DNA of 64,000 bases, taken from contig JAWOCD010000085.1 in the NCBI GenBank assembly GCA_046483985.1, positions 1 through 64,000 on the forward strand. Direction: 5' to 3'. Numbering within the stretch: position 1 is the stretch's first letter; every line of letters begins with the position of its first letter. A program made the position numbers and the translations under genes. The notes beneath the pieces were generated by a model. The model was given only the letters and a program-made list of their open reading frames with translations. It was not told the origin of the DNA and searched no databases. Source of the stretch: Promethearchaeia archaeon. Its GTDB lineage: Archaea; Asgardarchaeota; Lokiarchaeia; Sigyniarchaeales; SOKP01. This document shows, piece by piece, positions 9,032-19,400 of this stretch.

Positions 9032-11374
9032 ATGACAGAAAAAACTCTTTCAAAAAGGCTTATAAGAATATTTGGAGAAAAGAAGTATGAAAAAGCCGAG
9101 AGTTTTTCAAAAAATAAAATTAATATTATCAAGTCCCAAAAAAGCCCATTAGAAATCAGGGTCATCATCTTAGAAAATGAGCGAGAACTTCATTTAATTA
9201 TTGATGAAAAAGCAAGCGAAATTTATCATGATTGCCCCGATTTTCTTATTCATAAGGACCCTCACGATAAAATCTGCCCACATTTTTTAAAATTATTACT
9301 TGTCTTGGATCCCCCTGTATCATTTTCCATATTAGAAAATTTAGATAATTATCGTCTTACTTCTGCGGATCCTGGGTCCTTTAAAAAAAGCCAAAATTAT
9401 CTTCTTGGGGCAAATTCTTGTTTCCGTGAAGATAATCCAGTAGAAGGCTTAAATTTTCTTCAAAAAGCAATAATTAATAAAAATGAATCCCAGGAAATAA
9501 TAGAGACTTATTTTAAAAAATCTATTGAGAATCATCTTTACCTTGAATTTTTTGAATTTCTAAATTTTTGCGTAGAAAGCGGATTAGGGGATATCTTTTC
9601 TTTATATTCGGAACAAATTTATCGCGCTTTTTCTATGCTACTTGATTCCCTAAATGACTACTCTTTTTATAACATTGTAAAAATTTTAGATTCTATGGAA
9701 TTTATTCCCTATTTAGAGGAAAATACACAGCTTTTTTCAATGCTTTTAGAGAAATGTTCACAAATATTGGCAAATGAAAATTTTAAAGAAACATATTTTG
9801 CAATTTGTTTTATTAAGAAGAACTATGATTTTTTGACTGCTTTAGACCGAGGCTTTAAAGATATAATCACCGAGGAAAGGTTAAGCTCTTTTCAAGAAAA
9901 GGTACTTATATACTTTAAAGAGGAAATAGAAAGTTTTTCCATCTTTGAAAAGATAAAATTGTTAAAAAACCAATTTCCGCTTTTAGGAATTGATAAAAAG
10001 AAGTATATCGATGATTATGAGGCATATAAACAAGAAATCCAGCAACTTGAACGAAAGGTTCTCAAAAAGAAATTTTCCTTCCTAAAGCTTTTAATCAAAA
10101 AGTATAAACTAAAGAAAGTAAAAGCGAAAATAAGAAAAAAAAGGAACTTTTATGTCATTACCCATGATAAGGAAAATCTGAAAAAACCCGTCTATCACTA
10201 CATTATTGAGCACTTGAGCTTCTATGGACCCAAAAAAGAATACATTAAATCAAACAAATTAGGCGAGAACTTTTTTATCATGAAGGAACTATTTTCAAAT
10301 GATTTAACTCAATTTCCAGACATTTTATATTATAAAAACCAATATTGGGGGGAGAATCAAGAGATAGAGCTTAAATCCGCTGAGGGCTATGATCTCATTA
10401 ATAAAGACATAAATTATAATTATAAAGATTATCCCTTCTATAAAAATCAAGACGAGATAATAATCATCGAATGGGACTTAATCAAAATACCAAGACAAGC
10501 AAATATTGTTTCCGCCTATAGTACTCAGATCATAGTCCCGGATCAAAATAATTCGCTTTTTCATGATTTAAAGCCCTTTGATCTCTGCATTTGCAAGAAA
10601 ACTCCAATTAGTATTGAAAGCAACATTATAAAAAAAATACAAGTATTAAATAAGTGCACATTTGAAGAGGCAATTCAGTTAGTGGCAGAAGGAGTAAAAT
10701 TTATAGAAGGATATTATCCATTATCACTTATCCACAAAGTAAAGGAAAAAGAAATTAACCCTTTCGATGCGTTTAATCAAATCATGAAAAACCCAGATAG
10801 GCAGTTCATACCGAACTATAAACTATTTGTTTCCTCTTTTAAGAACTTCTTGACCGCATTTATAGATAATGAGCGAAAATATGTTTTTGAGCGAATTATA
10901 AAAGATCCCGAAAAATACGCCAAACAGATACTCCTAGTTTCAAATTTGTATCATGACATAAGGGGGATTGATATGGACTTCACAGAGATCATTACCCAAA
11001 TTTTAGCTCATAAGAAAATGGATATAAGTACCTTCAGACGGCAATTTATTGATCAAGTAAAGGACGTTATTTCTACTCGCTTATCAAACAAGAGAATCGG
11101 TTCCACGGCTATTTTTAATCTCAAAAAAATGAAAAATACTCCCTTTTCAAAATATTTTGACGAAATCATAGAAGTAAGAAGGAAGGAGTTTGAAGATGCT
11201 CAGATTAAAAAAGTTGAGAACCGATATAACATCTCAGAAGTATTAGAAACATATTACGGACAGAAATTTAGCAAAATTCTGGATTTAGGATTGAAAAAAG
11301 TTATCACCCCTCCTGAATTTGTAAAAATGGAAAAATATGCTCAGAAACTTGGTTTAAAACTTAATATCCAATAA
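9032..11374 (+). CDS. Large helical protein with N-terminal SWIM-like zinc finger
   Basis: YHDCPDF...KICPH matches the SWIM pattern with H replacing the first C; 14 bp downstream of the VWA gene. Confidence 0.6.
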   Translation: MTEKTLSKRLIRIFGEKKYEKAESFSKNKINIIKSQKSPLEIRVIILENERELHLIIDEKASEIYHDCPDFLIHKDPHDKICPHFLKLLLVLDPPVSFSILENLDNYRLTSADPGSFKKSQNYLLGANSCFREDNPVEGLNFLQKAIINKNESQEIIETYFKKSIENHLYLEFFEFLNFCVESGLGDIFSLYSEQIYRAFSMLLDSLNDYSFYNIVKILDSMEFIPYLEENTQLFSMLLEKCSQILANENFKETYFAICFIKKNYDFLTALDRGFKDIITEERLSSFQEKVLIYFKEEIESFSIFEKIKLLKNQFPLLGIDKKKYIDDYEAYKQEIQQLERKVLKKKFSFLKLLIKKYKLKKVKAKIRKKRNFYVITHDKENLKKPVYHYIIEHLSFYGPKKEYIKSNKLGENFFIMKELFSNDLTQFPDILYYKNQYWGENQEIELKSAEGYDLINKDINYNYKDYPFYKNQDEIIIIEWDLIKIPRQANIVSAYSTQIIVPDQNNSLFHDLKPFDLCICKKTPISIESNIIKKIQVLNKCTFEEAIQLVAEGVKFIEGYYPLSLIHKVKEKEINPFDAFNQIMKNPDRQFIPNYKLFVSSFKNFLTAFIDNERKYVFERIIKDPEKYAKQILLVSNLYHDIRGIDMDFTEIITQILAHKKMDISTFRRQFIDQVKDVISTRLSNKRIGSTAIFNLKKMKNTPFSKYFDEIIEVRRKEFEDAQIKKVENRYNISEVLETYYGQKFSKILDLGLKKVITPPEFVKMEKYAQKLGLKLNIQ

Positions 11375-11400
11375 AAGAAACATTCTGACTATTTAATTCC

Positions 11401-12543
11401 CTATTTTTTATTTTTTCTTTTGTAGAGATCGATTAATTTTCCGAAAAACTTTTGATAGATCTCAATAGTCTTTAAATAATCTGAAATCTCAATGTATTCA
11501 TCTTTAGTATGCTCTAGTTTTGGATCTCCTGGTCCGTAGGTTATTGAGGGTATATTTAGAGCGGCCCCAATTTTATTTATAAAGGTGGTCCCGGTTTTTT
11601 TAATTAGGGTTGGTTTTTCGTGTAGTGTTTTGAAAATCGCCCATCGGAGGGCTCCAATGACCAAGTTTTTACCTTCTATCTCGAATCCTTCGATTTTGCT
11701 TAAAATTTCAAGGGTGACCTTAGCTTTCCCTCCCGATTTTAATACCCTCTCTTTATAATGTGCCAGTACTTCTCTAATAGACTCTAAAATCTCTTTTACC
11801 TTAATAGTTGGCGGAAAACGGATATCGATACTCAAACTACAGTTTGACGGGACACAATTGTTTATGTCCCCTCCGTTAATAACAGTTAGATTAGGAATAA
11901 TTTGATTAAAATAACGGGTATTTTTATTTAGAATTTCAATCTTTTTATTTAACTTTTTACAAGTTTGCTGGATATCTTCCCAGATATTCAAACCCATCTC
12001 GATGGCGTTGAGATATTCCCAAGAAGAAGCAACGTGTCCTTTCTGGGTTTTAATTTGTATTTCAAAACATATTCTTCCCTTATACCCTATACAAATTTGG
12101 TCGATCTTGGTAGGCTCTCCGAAGATTGCATAATCTGGTCTTATTTTCGATTCTAAAAAAGTATCTATTCCAATGAGACTATCTTCTTCTCGCACGATTC
12201 CGGCAAACGTGATTTTTCCCTCTTCAGCAAATTTGAATTCCTTTATTGCGTAGACCATTGCTGCTAAAGCCGGTTTACAATCTACGGCTCCTCTTCCGAA
12301 TATCTTCCCTTCTTTTTTAATCACGGGTAATTTCCCGGGGATGGTATCCATGTGAGAAACTAACAAAAGATGAGGCTTTCCTTTCCCTTTTTCTGCGATT
12401 AAATTTCCAACCTTATCAAAATGAGTTCGAAACCCACCATTTTTCAAAAAATCTTCCAAGAATTGTGCGTAATGTTCTTCCTTCCCCGAAGGGCTATACA
12501 GTTCTATGCACTGTTTTAGAAATTTAACGGCTTTTTTATTCAT
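11401..12543 (-). CDS. lysK: [LysW]-lysine/ornithine hydrolase (M20 family, LysK/ArgE)
   Basis: SPSGKE, SHMDTIPG, GRGAVDCK, REE, GEP, GYKG, YGPGD..LEHT motifs; in operon with lysX and lysZ. Confidence 0.85.
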   Translation of the reverse strand: MNKKAVKFLKQCIELYSPSGKEEHYAQFLEDFLKNGGFRTHFDKVGNLIAEKGKGKPHLLLVSHMDTIPGKLPVIKKEGKIFGRGAVDCKPALAAMVYAIKEFKFAEEGKITFAGIVREEDSLIGIDTFLESKIRPDYAIFGEPTKIDQICIGYKGRICFEIQIKTQKGHVASSWEYLNAIEMGLNIWEDIQQTCKKLNKKIEILNKNTRYFNQIIPNLTVINGGDINNCVPSNCSLSIDIRFPPTIKVKEILESIREVLAHYKERVLKSGGKAKVTLEILSKIEGFEIEGKNLVIGALRWAIFKTLHEKPTLIKKTGTTFINKIGAALNIPSITYGPGDPKLEHTKDEYIEISDYLKTIEIYQKFFGKLIDLYKRKNKK

Positions 12544-13363
12544 TTTCAATCACCGTCCCAGCTCCTTTTTCTAATGCATCAGATACCGGATTTTTCCTCA
12601 ATCCGGAACAGATTATTATTTTATTAATCCCTTTTTCAAAGGCCTCTAACGCAGCGTAAGCTTTTTTCTTCATCCCTCCTTTTAGATCTTCCATCAATTC
12701 TTCTAATTGAGACGGTTTTAATGATTTAATCAAGCTCTCTTTCTCCTCAATATCGCGATAGACACCCTTCACATCGGTTAAACTAATCAATATATCTGCA
12801 TCTATTGCCTCTGCAATACTACTTGCGGCCCGATCACCATCGGTATTTACAATAGTCCCATTTTCACTTTTTGCTAAGGAACTCACAATGGGCATATAGT
12901 TTTTCTTAATTAACATCTTTATAATTTCGGGATTTACTTTGTATACTTTTCCGGAGAATTCTCCTCTCTTTATTATTCGTTTTCCTTTAATTAATACCAG
13001 AATTTTCTCCTTTCTTTTAGCTTCTAATGTTCCTCCGTCTGTTCCCGAAAAACCAAAGGCATTTACCCCCTCTTGTTGCAGAGCTTCTACCAATCGTTTA
13101 TTATTTAGTCCTCCTAATGCCATTATTGCTGCCTCAATAGCCTCATCATTTGTATACCTTGTTCTAAAACCGGAAGGAGTCTGAAAATAAATGGGCTCTT
13201 TTCCCATTTTCTTTAGGGTTTCGTTGATTTGCGCCCCACCTCCATGCACGATAACTAAAGTATATTTTTCCCCATAGTTGTGATAAATATTTGCAATATC
13301 TTTGACTACGTTTTGAAAGTTTTCCGCGATTAACGATCCTCCAATTTTTAAAACCACAATCAT
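12536..13363 (-). CDS. lysZ: [LysW]-aminoadipate/glutamate kinase (LysZ/ArgB)
   Basis: VVLKIGGS, VHGGG, SGFRTRYT, NTDGDRAA, LTDVKG, GGMKKK motifs; likely start is the ATG at 13363. Confidence 0.9.
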   Translation of the reverse strand: MIVVLKIGGSLIAENFQNVVKDIANIYHNYGEKYTLVIVHGGGAQINETLKKMGKEPIYFQTPSGFRTRYTNDEAIEAAIMALGGLNNKRLVEALQQEGVNAFGFSGTDGGTLEAKRKEKILVLIKGKRIIKRGEFSGKVYKVNPEIIKMLIKKNYMPIVSSLAKSENGTIVNTDGDRAASSIAEAIDADILISLTDVKGVYRDIEEKESLIKSLKPSQLEELMEDLKGGMKKKAYAALEAFEKGINKIIICSGLRKNPVSDALEKGAGTVIENE

Positions 13364-13373
13364 TTCTTTTTGA

Positions 13374-14267
13374 TCAACCTTTATTTGATTCACATTCGTC
13401 TACTATATATTCCACAATTTTCTCTGCAATGTTGACATCAGAAGCTTTTGAAATACCTCGGAATTGGGGCGTCCCATTTATTTCTATCACCTTGAGTGAA
13501 TCGCCGTCATCTATTAAATCAACTCCAACAATCTCTCCGTCTACTGCCGCTGCAGCTTGGGTACATATTTCTCGGATTTGAGGAGTTATGGGTAGAGGTT
13601 TTGCCGATCCGCCTATAGCAATATTACTCCTAAAATCATCACTGGGACTATAACGCTCCATCCCCGCTACACATTCTCCATCAATCACAAAAACACGTAA
13701 GTCTGTCTGTCCTTCCTTACTCTTATCTTTGACTTTTATAAAATCTTGGATATAATAAATCTTCTGTAAGATATCCCCCATGGTCTCCCGGCATTCTAAA
13801 TTGGATTGAGCGGCATTATAATCATCTAATTTAGCTACTAATCTCCCCCACGATCCGATGAGGGGTTTGATAATTGCGGGGTAATTAAATTTTTCTTCGA
13901 TTAAGTCCATAGCGGTATCTTTTTTAAATGCCACTCCCGATTTAGGGGTGGGAATTTCTTGCTTAATCAATTCTAAGCTTGTTAATAATTTATTGCCGGT
14001 TATATTTAAACAGTTAAAATTATTAATGGTATCATATCCTTTTGTTTCTAATATTGAACTTGTGTAGAGTCCTCGGAAATAACTTAGCGATCTTTCCAAG
14101 AAAATAGTGTAATCTTTCGGTAAATCTTTCTTATTTGTCAGTTCAAAATAGAATTTTTGATTATTTAATAGATCATATTTTATCTGTTTTGCTTCTAATT
14201 CTTTAATGATTTGCTTTATTTCCCAGGTAACTCTATTCATTAGGATGCCAATTAACAACTTTAACAA
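13374..14267 (-). CDS. lysX: LysX/ArgX RimK-family ATP-grasp ligase
   Basis: ERSLSYFRG, GNKLLTS, KPLIGSWGRLV, DLRVFVI, FRSNIAIGG, EINGTPQF motifs. Confidence 0.85.
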   Translation of the reverse strand: MLKLLIGILMNRVTWEIKQIIKELEAKQIKYDLLNNQKFYFELTNKKDLPKDYTIFLERSLSYFRGLYTSSILETKGYDTINNFNCLNITGNKLLTSLELIKQEIPTPKSGVAFKKDTAMDLIEEKFNYPAIIKPLIGSWGRLVAKLDDYNAAQSNLECRETMGDILQKIYYIQDFIKVKDKSKEGQTDLRVFVIDGECVAGMERYSPSDDFRSNIAIGGSAKPLPITPQIREICTQAAAAVDGEIVGVDLIDDGDSLKVIEINGTPQFRGISKASDVNIAEKIVEYIVDECESNKG

Positions 14268-14424
14268 CTCTTTCTTTCTAACTTAAGTTAATAATTGAAA
14301 TAAATGGAACTTTATTAAATATTTCATTCAGAGTATGCCAGTTAGAATACGACAAAAAACTCAAATTTAATTATATAGATTTATTTTATTTTTATATAAA
14401 AATAATTGTTAAATGTGAAGAAAA

Positions 14425-14958
14425 GTGTCAAATAAAAAGATTGGTGCTGTAAAAATCGATTTTCTTAATTCCAGAATAGAAATGAGCCCTAATATGAAAA
14501 TTTTAAAGAAAAAGGCTCAATCTATTACTGATTCCGATGAGAACGAGGAAGTAACTATTTTCTTTGAAATTGAGGATAACGACTTGACTAAAACAGAGTA
14601 TAAAGCATATTCTTTATTTAAGGATGAAATTGACGATGACGAGCCTTTTGATCTGGAGAATCCGTGGTATAAAGATGAATCTGTCGCGGTTCCAAATTCC
14701 GGCAACGCTTCCACACCTAAAAAAGAGCCAGAACCCCAACCAGAACCTAAAAAAGAGCCAGAACCCCAACCAGAACCAACATCTCCGGAAATACAAAAGC
14801 TCCAAGCGAAATTAACTAAAATTAAAAATATGATCACCGAGTTAGATCAGAAATTTAAAGAAGGAAAAATTGAACAGAAAGCATTTTTAAAGAAAAAAGA
14901 TTATCTATCCCAGAAAGCTGGGTCTCTAATGGGGCAGATTGAAAAATTAAAAGGATAA
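14425..14958 (+). CDS. Hypothetical protein with Pro/Glu linker and C-terminal helical hairpin (SHOCT-like)
   Basis: PKKEPEPQPE twice, then a coiled coil and FKEGKIEQKAFLKKK motif. Confidence 0.6.
   Translation: MSNKKIGAVKIDFLNSRIEMSPNMKILKKKAQSITDSDENEEVTIFFEIEDNDLTKTEYKAYSLFKDEIDDDEPFDLENPWYKDESVAVPNSGNASTPKKEPEPQPEPKKEPEPQPEPTSPEIQKLQAKLTKIKNMITELDQKFKEGKIEQKAFLKKKDYLSQKAGSLMGQIEKLKG
14715..14777 (+). repeat. 30-bp coding tandem repeat (2 copies)
   Basis: acctaaaaaagagccagaaccccaaccaga repeated exactly. Confidence 0.9.
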
Positions 14959-14983
14959 AATCTAATTTAAAGTGTAGTTAATT

Positions 14984-16270
14984 ATGGAAAACAATAGAAT
15001 TCACCCTTCAAAAGATATTAAAAGTTCAAAGGGGAATTTATTATACGGAAAAAACATCTATCTTTGTATAACTGGATCCGTTGCCTCAATTACTTCGCCT
15101 ATTATAGCACGTGAGTTAATGAGATATGGGGCAGAGGTTTACCCTGTGATGTCTCCAGCAGCGACCAAATTAATTACTCCTCGATTAATGGAGTGGGCAA
15201 CCGGTAATGAGACTTTAATTAATATAGGGGGAAAGGTAGAGCATGTCGAAATTAGCGCCGAAAGACCCGGGAATGCCCCCCATGCAGATTTAATCCTTTT
15301 ATGTCCGGCTACTGCGAATAGTATATCCAAGATTGCATCTGGAATTACTGATACTCCTCCAACATTAATAACTTATACTGCTCTCTCTACAAATGTACCG
15401 ATTCTTGTAGTACCAGCTATGCATATTTCTATGTATAATTCTATTTTAGAATCAAATATCCAAAAACTAAAAAAGCTCGGGGTTGAGATTATAGGACCTC
15501 GTCTTACGGAAGGCAAAGCCAAAGTTCCCCATGTGGATGATATTGTGGATCGCACCATAGATATAATTGCAGCAGAAAAGGACCTCAAAGGCTATAAGTT
15601 TCTTATTACGGGGGGACCTACGCGTCAGTACATCGATGAAATCAGATTCATTAGCAACGATTCTACTGGGAAAATGGGGATTGAATTAGCAAAAGAAGTA
15701 AGAGCGAGGGGGGGAGAGGTGTTATTATTGAACGGAAAATCTAGTGCTTCGGTCCCGGATTACATCGATCAAATTTCTTGTACTTCAACGGAGGATTTTG
15801 TTCGCGTAGTTTCAAAAGAACTCTCCGAAAATAAGTGGGACTTTTTTATATCCGCAGCAGCAATGTCAGATTATACTCCTACCGAAGAATGTGTATCAGA
15901 TGGAAAAATCTCCAGTGATAAAGTCAAAGAACTAAATATTTCGTTAAGACTCACTCCAAAATTAATCAACCGCGCGGCAAAAATTAACCACAATACTTTT
16001 ATTATCGGCTTTAAGGCGGAAACAAATGTCTCTAAAAGTGTATTGATTGACCGGGGATATGAAAGATTGAAAACTTCTGGCATTGATCTTATCGTCTGTA
16101 ACGATGTTTCTCGGGAGGATATCGGATTTGAAAGCAACTATAATGAAGTCTACATTGTCAATAAAGATAAACGAATTGTTCATGTTCCCAAGCGAACAAA
16201 AAGGTATGTCGCCTCAAGAATTGTTGATGTGGCGCTTGAAAATTACCGCCTCAAGCAAGAAAAACAATAG
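14984..16270 (+). CDS. coaBC: Bifunctional phosphopantothenoylcysteine decarboxylase/synthetase
   Basis: ITGSVA, PATANSISKIASGITD, VPAMH, TGGPTRQYIDEIRFISNDSTGKMG, AAAMSDY, GFKAET motifs. Confidence 0.95.
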   Translation: MENNRIHPSKDIKSSKGNLLYGKNIYLCITGSVASITSPIIARELMRYGAEVYPVMSPAATKLITPRLMEWATGNETLINIGGKVEHVEISAERPGNAPHADLILLCPATANSISKIASGITDTPPTLITYTALSTNVPILVVPAMHISMYNSILESNIQKLKKLGVEIIGPRLTEGKAKVPHVDDIVDRTIDIIAAEKDLKGYKFLITGGPTRQYIDEIRFISNDSTGKMGIELAKEVRARGGEVLLLNGKSSASVPDYIDQISCTSTEDFVRVVSKELSENKWDFFISAAAMSDYTPTEECVSDGKISSDKVKELNISLRLTPKLINRAAKINHNTFIIGFKAETNVSKSVLIDRGYERLKTSGIDLIVCNDVSREDIGFESNYNEVYIVNKDKRIVHVPKRTKRYVASRIVDVALENYRLKQEKQ

Positions 16271-16495
16271 ATTTTTATATTCATTCTCCTACCTAATTTT
16301 TAAAAATTCTCTTATAAATTTTTACCTAAGAAAAACTTTAAATAAGAATTAAATTTTAGTCTTTAATGAAGTAGGAATAGTTACTCAAAAATTAGGTATA
16401 TAAGACGTGAGATATTGATTTTTACTTCATATTATATTAATTATGATATTGCTATATATGACAGAAGGTATAAATTATAACTTTAAAAAAAGGAC

Positions 16496-19400
16496 ATGAC
16501 TACAGAAGACGAAGCTAAGATCAAGCAAGGGAGTATAGCCCAGTTCATGCGTAAGCGTACGCAATTGGTAGGTTTTGATATGGGATACTGGAAGCATGTA
16601 CAATATGCTGCCGAGTTTCTTGATAATGCGCTCGATGCCATTGAAGCATACCAATGGAGACAATTAAAAGAGGATTCTAAATACCAATATTCGCTCGATC
16701 AAGAAATCTATTTGGAAAATCTTTCCATTATTCAAGAAGAAAAGAAGGATCAGAATTCTCAAGACCTCGATAAAGAAGCAAAAGATACCTTAATGCAAGA
16801 AGTAGGCATTAAACCCGTTGATGAAGAAGAGGCTCAAAAGCAACCAGAAAAAACTGAGGAGGGGGAGGGTATGGTCGTGGAAATGCAAGACGAGATAGAG
16901 ATCGAGCAAGAGGTGGAAAATATCATTAAGGATATGGAAAGCCTTATCCAGCCCGTTGAAAACGTAAACCTCATAGATAAAGAGCCAATTGTGATTATCA
17001 GGATGACTGAGTCGGAAGCTGCTTCCTTCCTTACAGCAGAAATGAGTACGAAAAACGTGATGTCCTATAAATTTGAGGTGTTTGATAATGGTGCAGGGAT
17101 GCCCGAGATTGATTTGGAGAAATTTGGAAAATACCTTGCCTCCTCGAAATCGTTTCAGCTTAAACAAACCAGAGGCTCTCAAGGTTTTGGAGCGCCGAGT
17201 GCATTCAGTGATGCTCAAAATACCACAGGAAAACCCGTTGTAACTGTATCAAAGTCATTGAATCAAATATACGGGATTATCTCGGAGTTTTTTACTACCT
17301 CAAAAAATGAGAAAAAATATTTAATCCCTCCCACCGAAATTGATGCACCTTTTCTTCATGGAACCTATGTGAAGCTTGAGTTTTTGAATATCAAATATGT
17401 GAGGGGGTATGTGGATACATATGTTAAGGAAACTGCCTTAATGAACCCGCATGTGACTCTTGTCTATATTGACCCCTATGGGGATGAATACATATTTCCC
17501 AGAAAGACCGAATCATTTCCGGACAAGCCAAAATATGCTAAGCCACATCCTTCTTCTACCAACATTGGAGACCTCCAAGATCTTTTAGCAAAATCAGATA
17601 ATTTAACAATTTCAGCTTTTCTTCAAGATAATTTTGTCAGAATAAGTAATAATACTGCAAAGGAAATATTAGATTTAGCAGAGCGGGATTTACAAGATAA
17701 ATTAAATTTTCTTTTATTAGACGATGGATATATTGTAAAGGCAGAAAAGAAGGGAGAAGATATTTATTACGCCCGGGTTGAAAAACGAGTTTATGGAAGA
17801 TCTAAACGAAAAAGAGATAAATTAATCATATATCAAGTTACTTCAGATTCATTATTGGAACTGTATTGGGAAACTATAGACCAATATGATAAATTTAATA
17901 AAGAGATTGATAAGATTAAAGAACAGATTAAAAAGAAAAACACAAAAATTGAAGAGGCCGATACCAAAAAGGCAGCCAGAAAGATTAGAAAAAAGAAGAA
18001 AAAATTATTAAAAGAGATAGATGGTATTCGGGACAAGAAAGACAAATTACGCGCAGATATGAATGAGATTTTTAAGGGCTTGGATGAGGGGATAAAAGAG
18101 ATCAAAAACAAATCTGAAGTGAATGAAATTTCCGATTTAGTATCGGAAGTAGAGATAACAGAAACAAGACCCCAAGAATTAAGCAGTGACCAATTTAATT
18201 CCTTATTTAGAGCATTTAAATCAGTGAAATACATGTCACCGCCAACGGACACCGTAGTCCCTGTAGGTGCCACGATTTTGGAAAATACGATGATTAAGGA
18301 ATTAGGACTTAAAGTATCTGACAATACTGAAGATTTTGGTCGACCTGTCGAGGAGGTCCATCCAATTGAAGAAAATATTTTAAAATTCAAAAAAAAGAAA
18401 TTAAAACGAGAAGATCCGAATTTAACTGAAGATGAATTGGGGGAACTCTCTGTCGACCATGGAGAAATAGAGAGTTTAAGTACCCAAATTTTGGACTCCT
18501 TTTATGAGTTAGAGAATGGGGCTGAAAATGGAGGAAAGGATTTTGGTTCTTCATTAACATATTTAATGGATTCCGCAGAAATTGAGGAAAGAGAAAATTA
18601 TAAGGAAGTTTTTCAATTCTTTACGGAAACTTATACTATGGATGACGATTTTGTAGGTGGAGAAACGAGAAAACCCACCAGCGGAAAAGGACTTGCTTTT
18701 GTTGTGGAAGGGGTTTTAGCTTATTCAAAAAAGAATATTGAGACTCCAAATCGCTCTCGTGATGTACTTTCAAGATTTGTAAACCGGACACCAAAACTCC
18801 GGGATAGTGCTGATTGTGCAATAACTAAGGCTGTGCAGAGCGTGAATTGGAAAAATTATAACTTGGATTCCTTTGATAATGGATTACCTAAAGGTCCAAT
18901 CAAACTCCTGGTAAATGTGTCTGGTCCGTTTGTTCACCTGATGTTTAAATCTCAATCAAAAAATTCTTTGGCAGAAGACGAAAACTTGATGAGTGAAATC
19001 AAGTATTGTCTGGAAGCGATTGGAAGGAGATTAAGAGTCTATCTTAACAGAAGAGCGGAAATTAAGAAAAAGGAAAAACGCGCGAATTTAATTGAAAAAT
19101 ATATTCCCAAATTCGTAGAAAGCATTTATAACATAGCGGAAACAGGCAACAGTAAATTCACTGAAAAGTTTTCTGAAGAAGATCTCAAAGCCTTGATGAG
19201 AAAGGGAATCGGAGGGAAATCCAAACCGGAGAAAGAAGAAGGATTGAAAAAGAAAACCAAAGAAAAAGTTAAAAGACCCAAAAAGAAAGGTAAGGTTGAT
19301 TTAGATAATTTAGAGGATCTCACCGTGAAGGAGCTTCGAGCATTGGGGGATAAACATGATATAAGGCTGAAATCACGACTTCGGAAGGACGAAATTATAG

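Noticed and set aside
4787-11374. Integrated element bounded by the tRNA
   Set aside because: No integrase, no duplicated tRNA fragment and no viral or plasmid genes were seen; only the TA remnant is supported.
16650-18640. Top6B insertions as possible inteins
   Set aside because: No Cys/Ser1, block B TxxH or terminal His-Asn motifs; they are charged low-complexity or coiled-coil segments.
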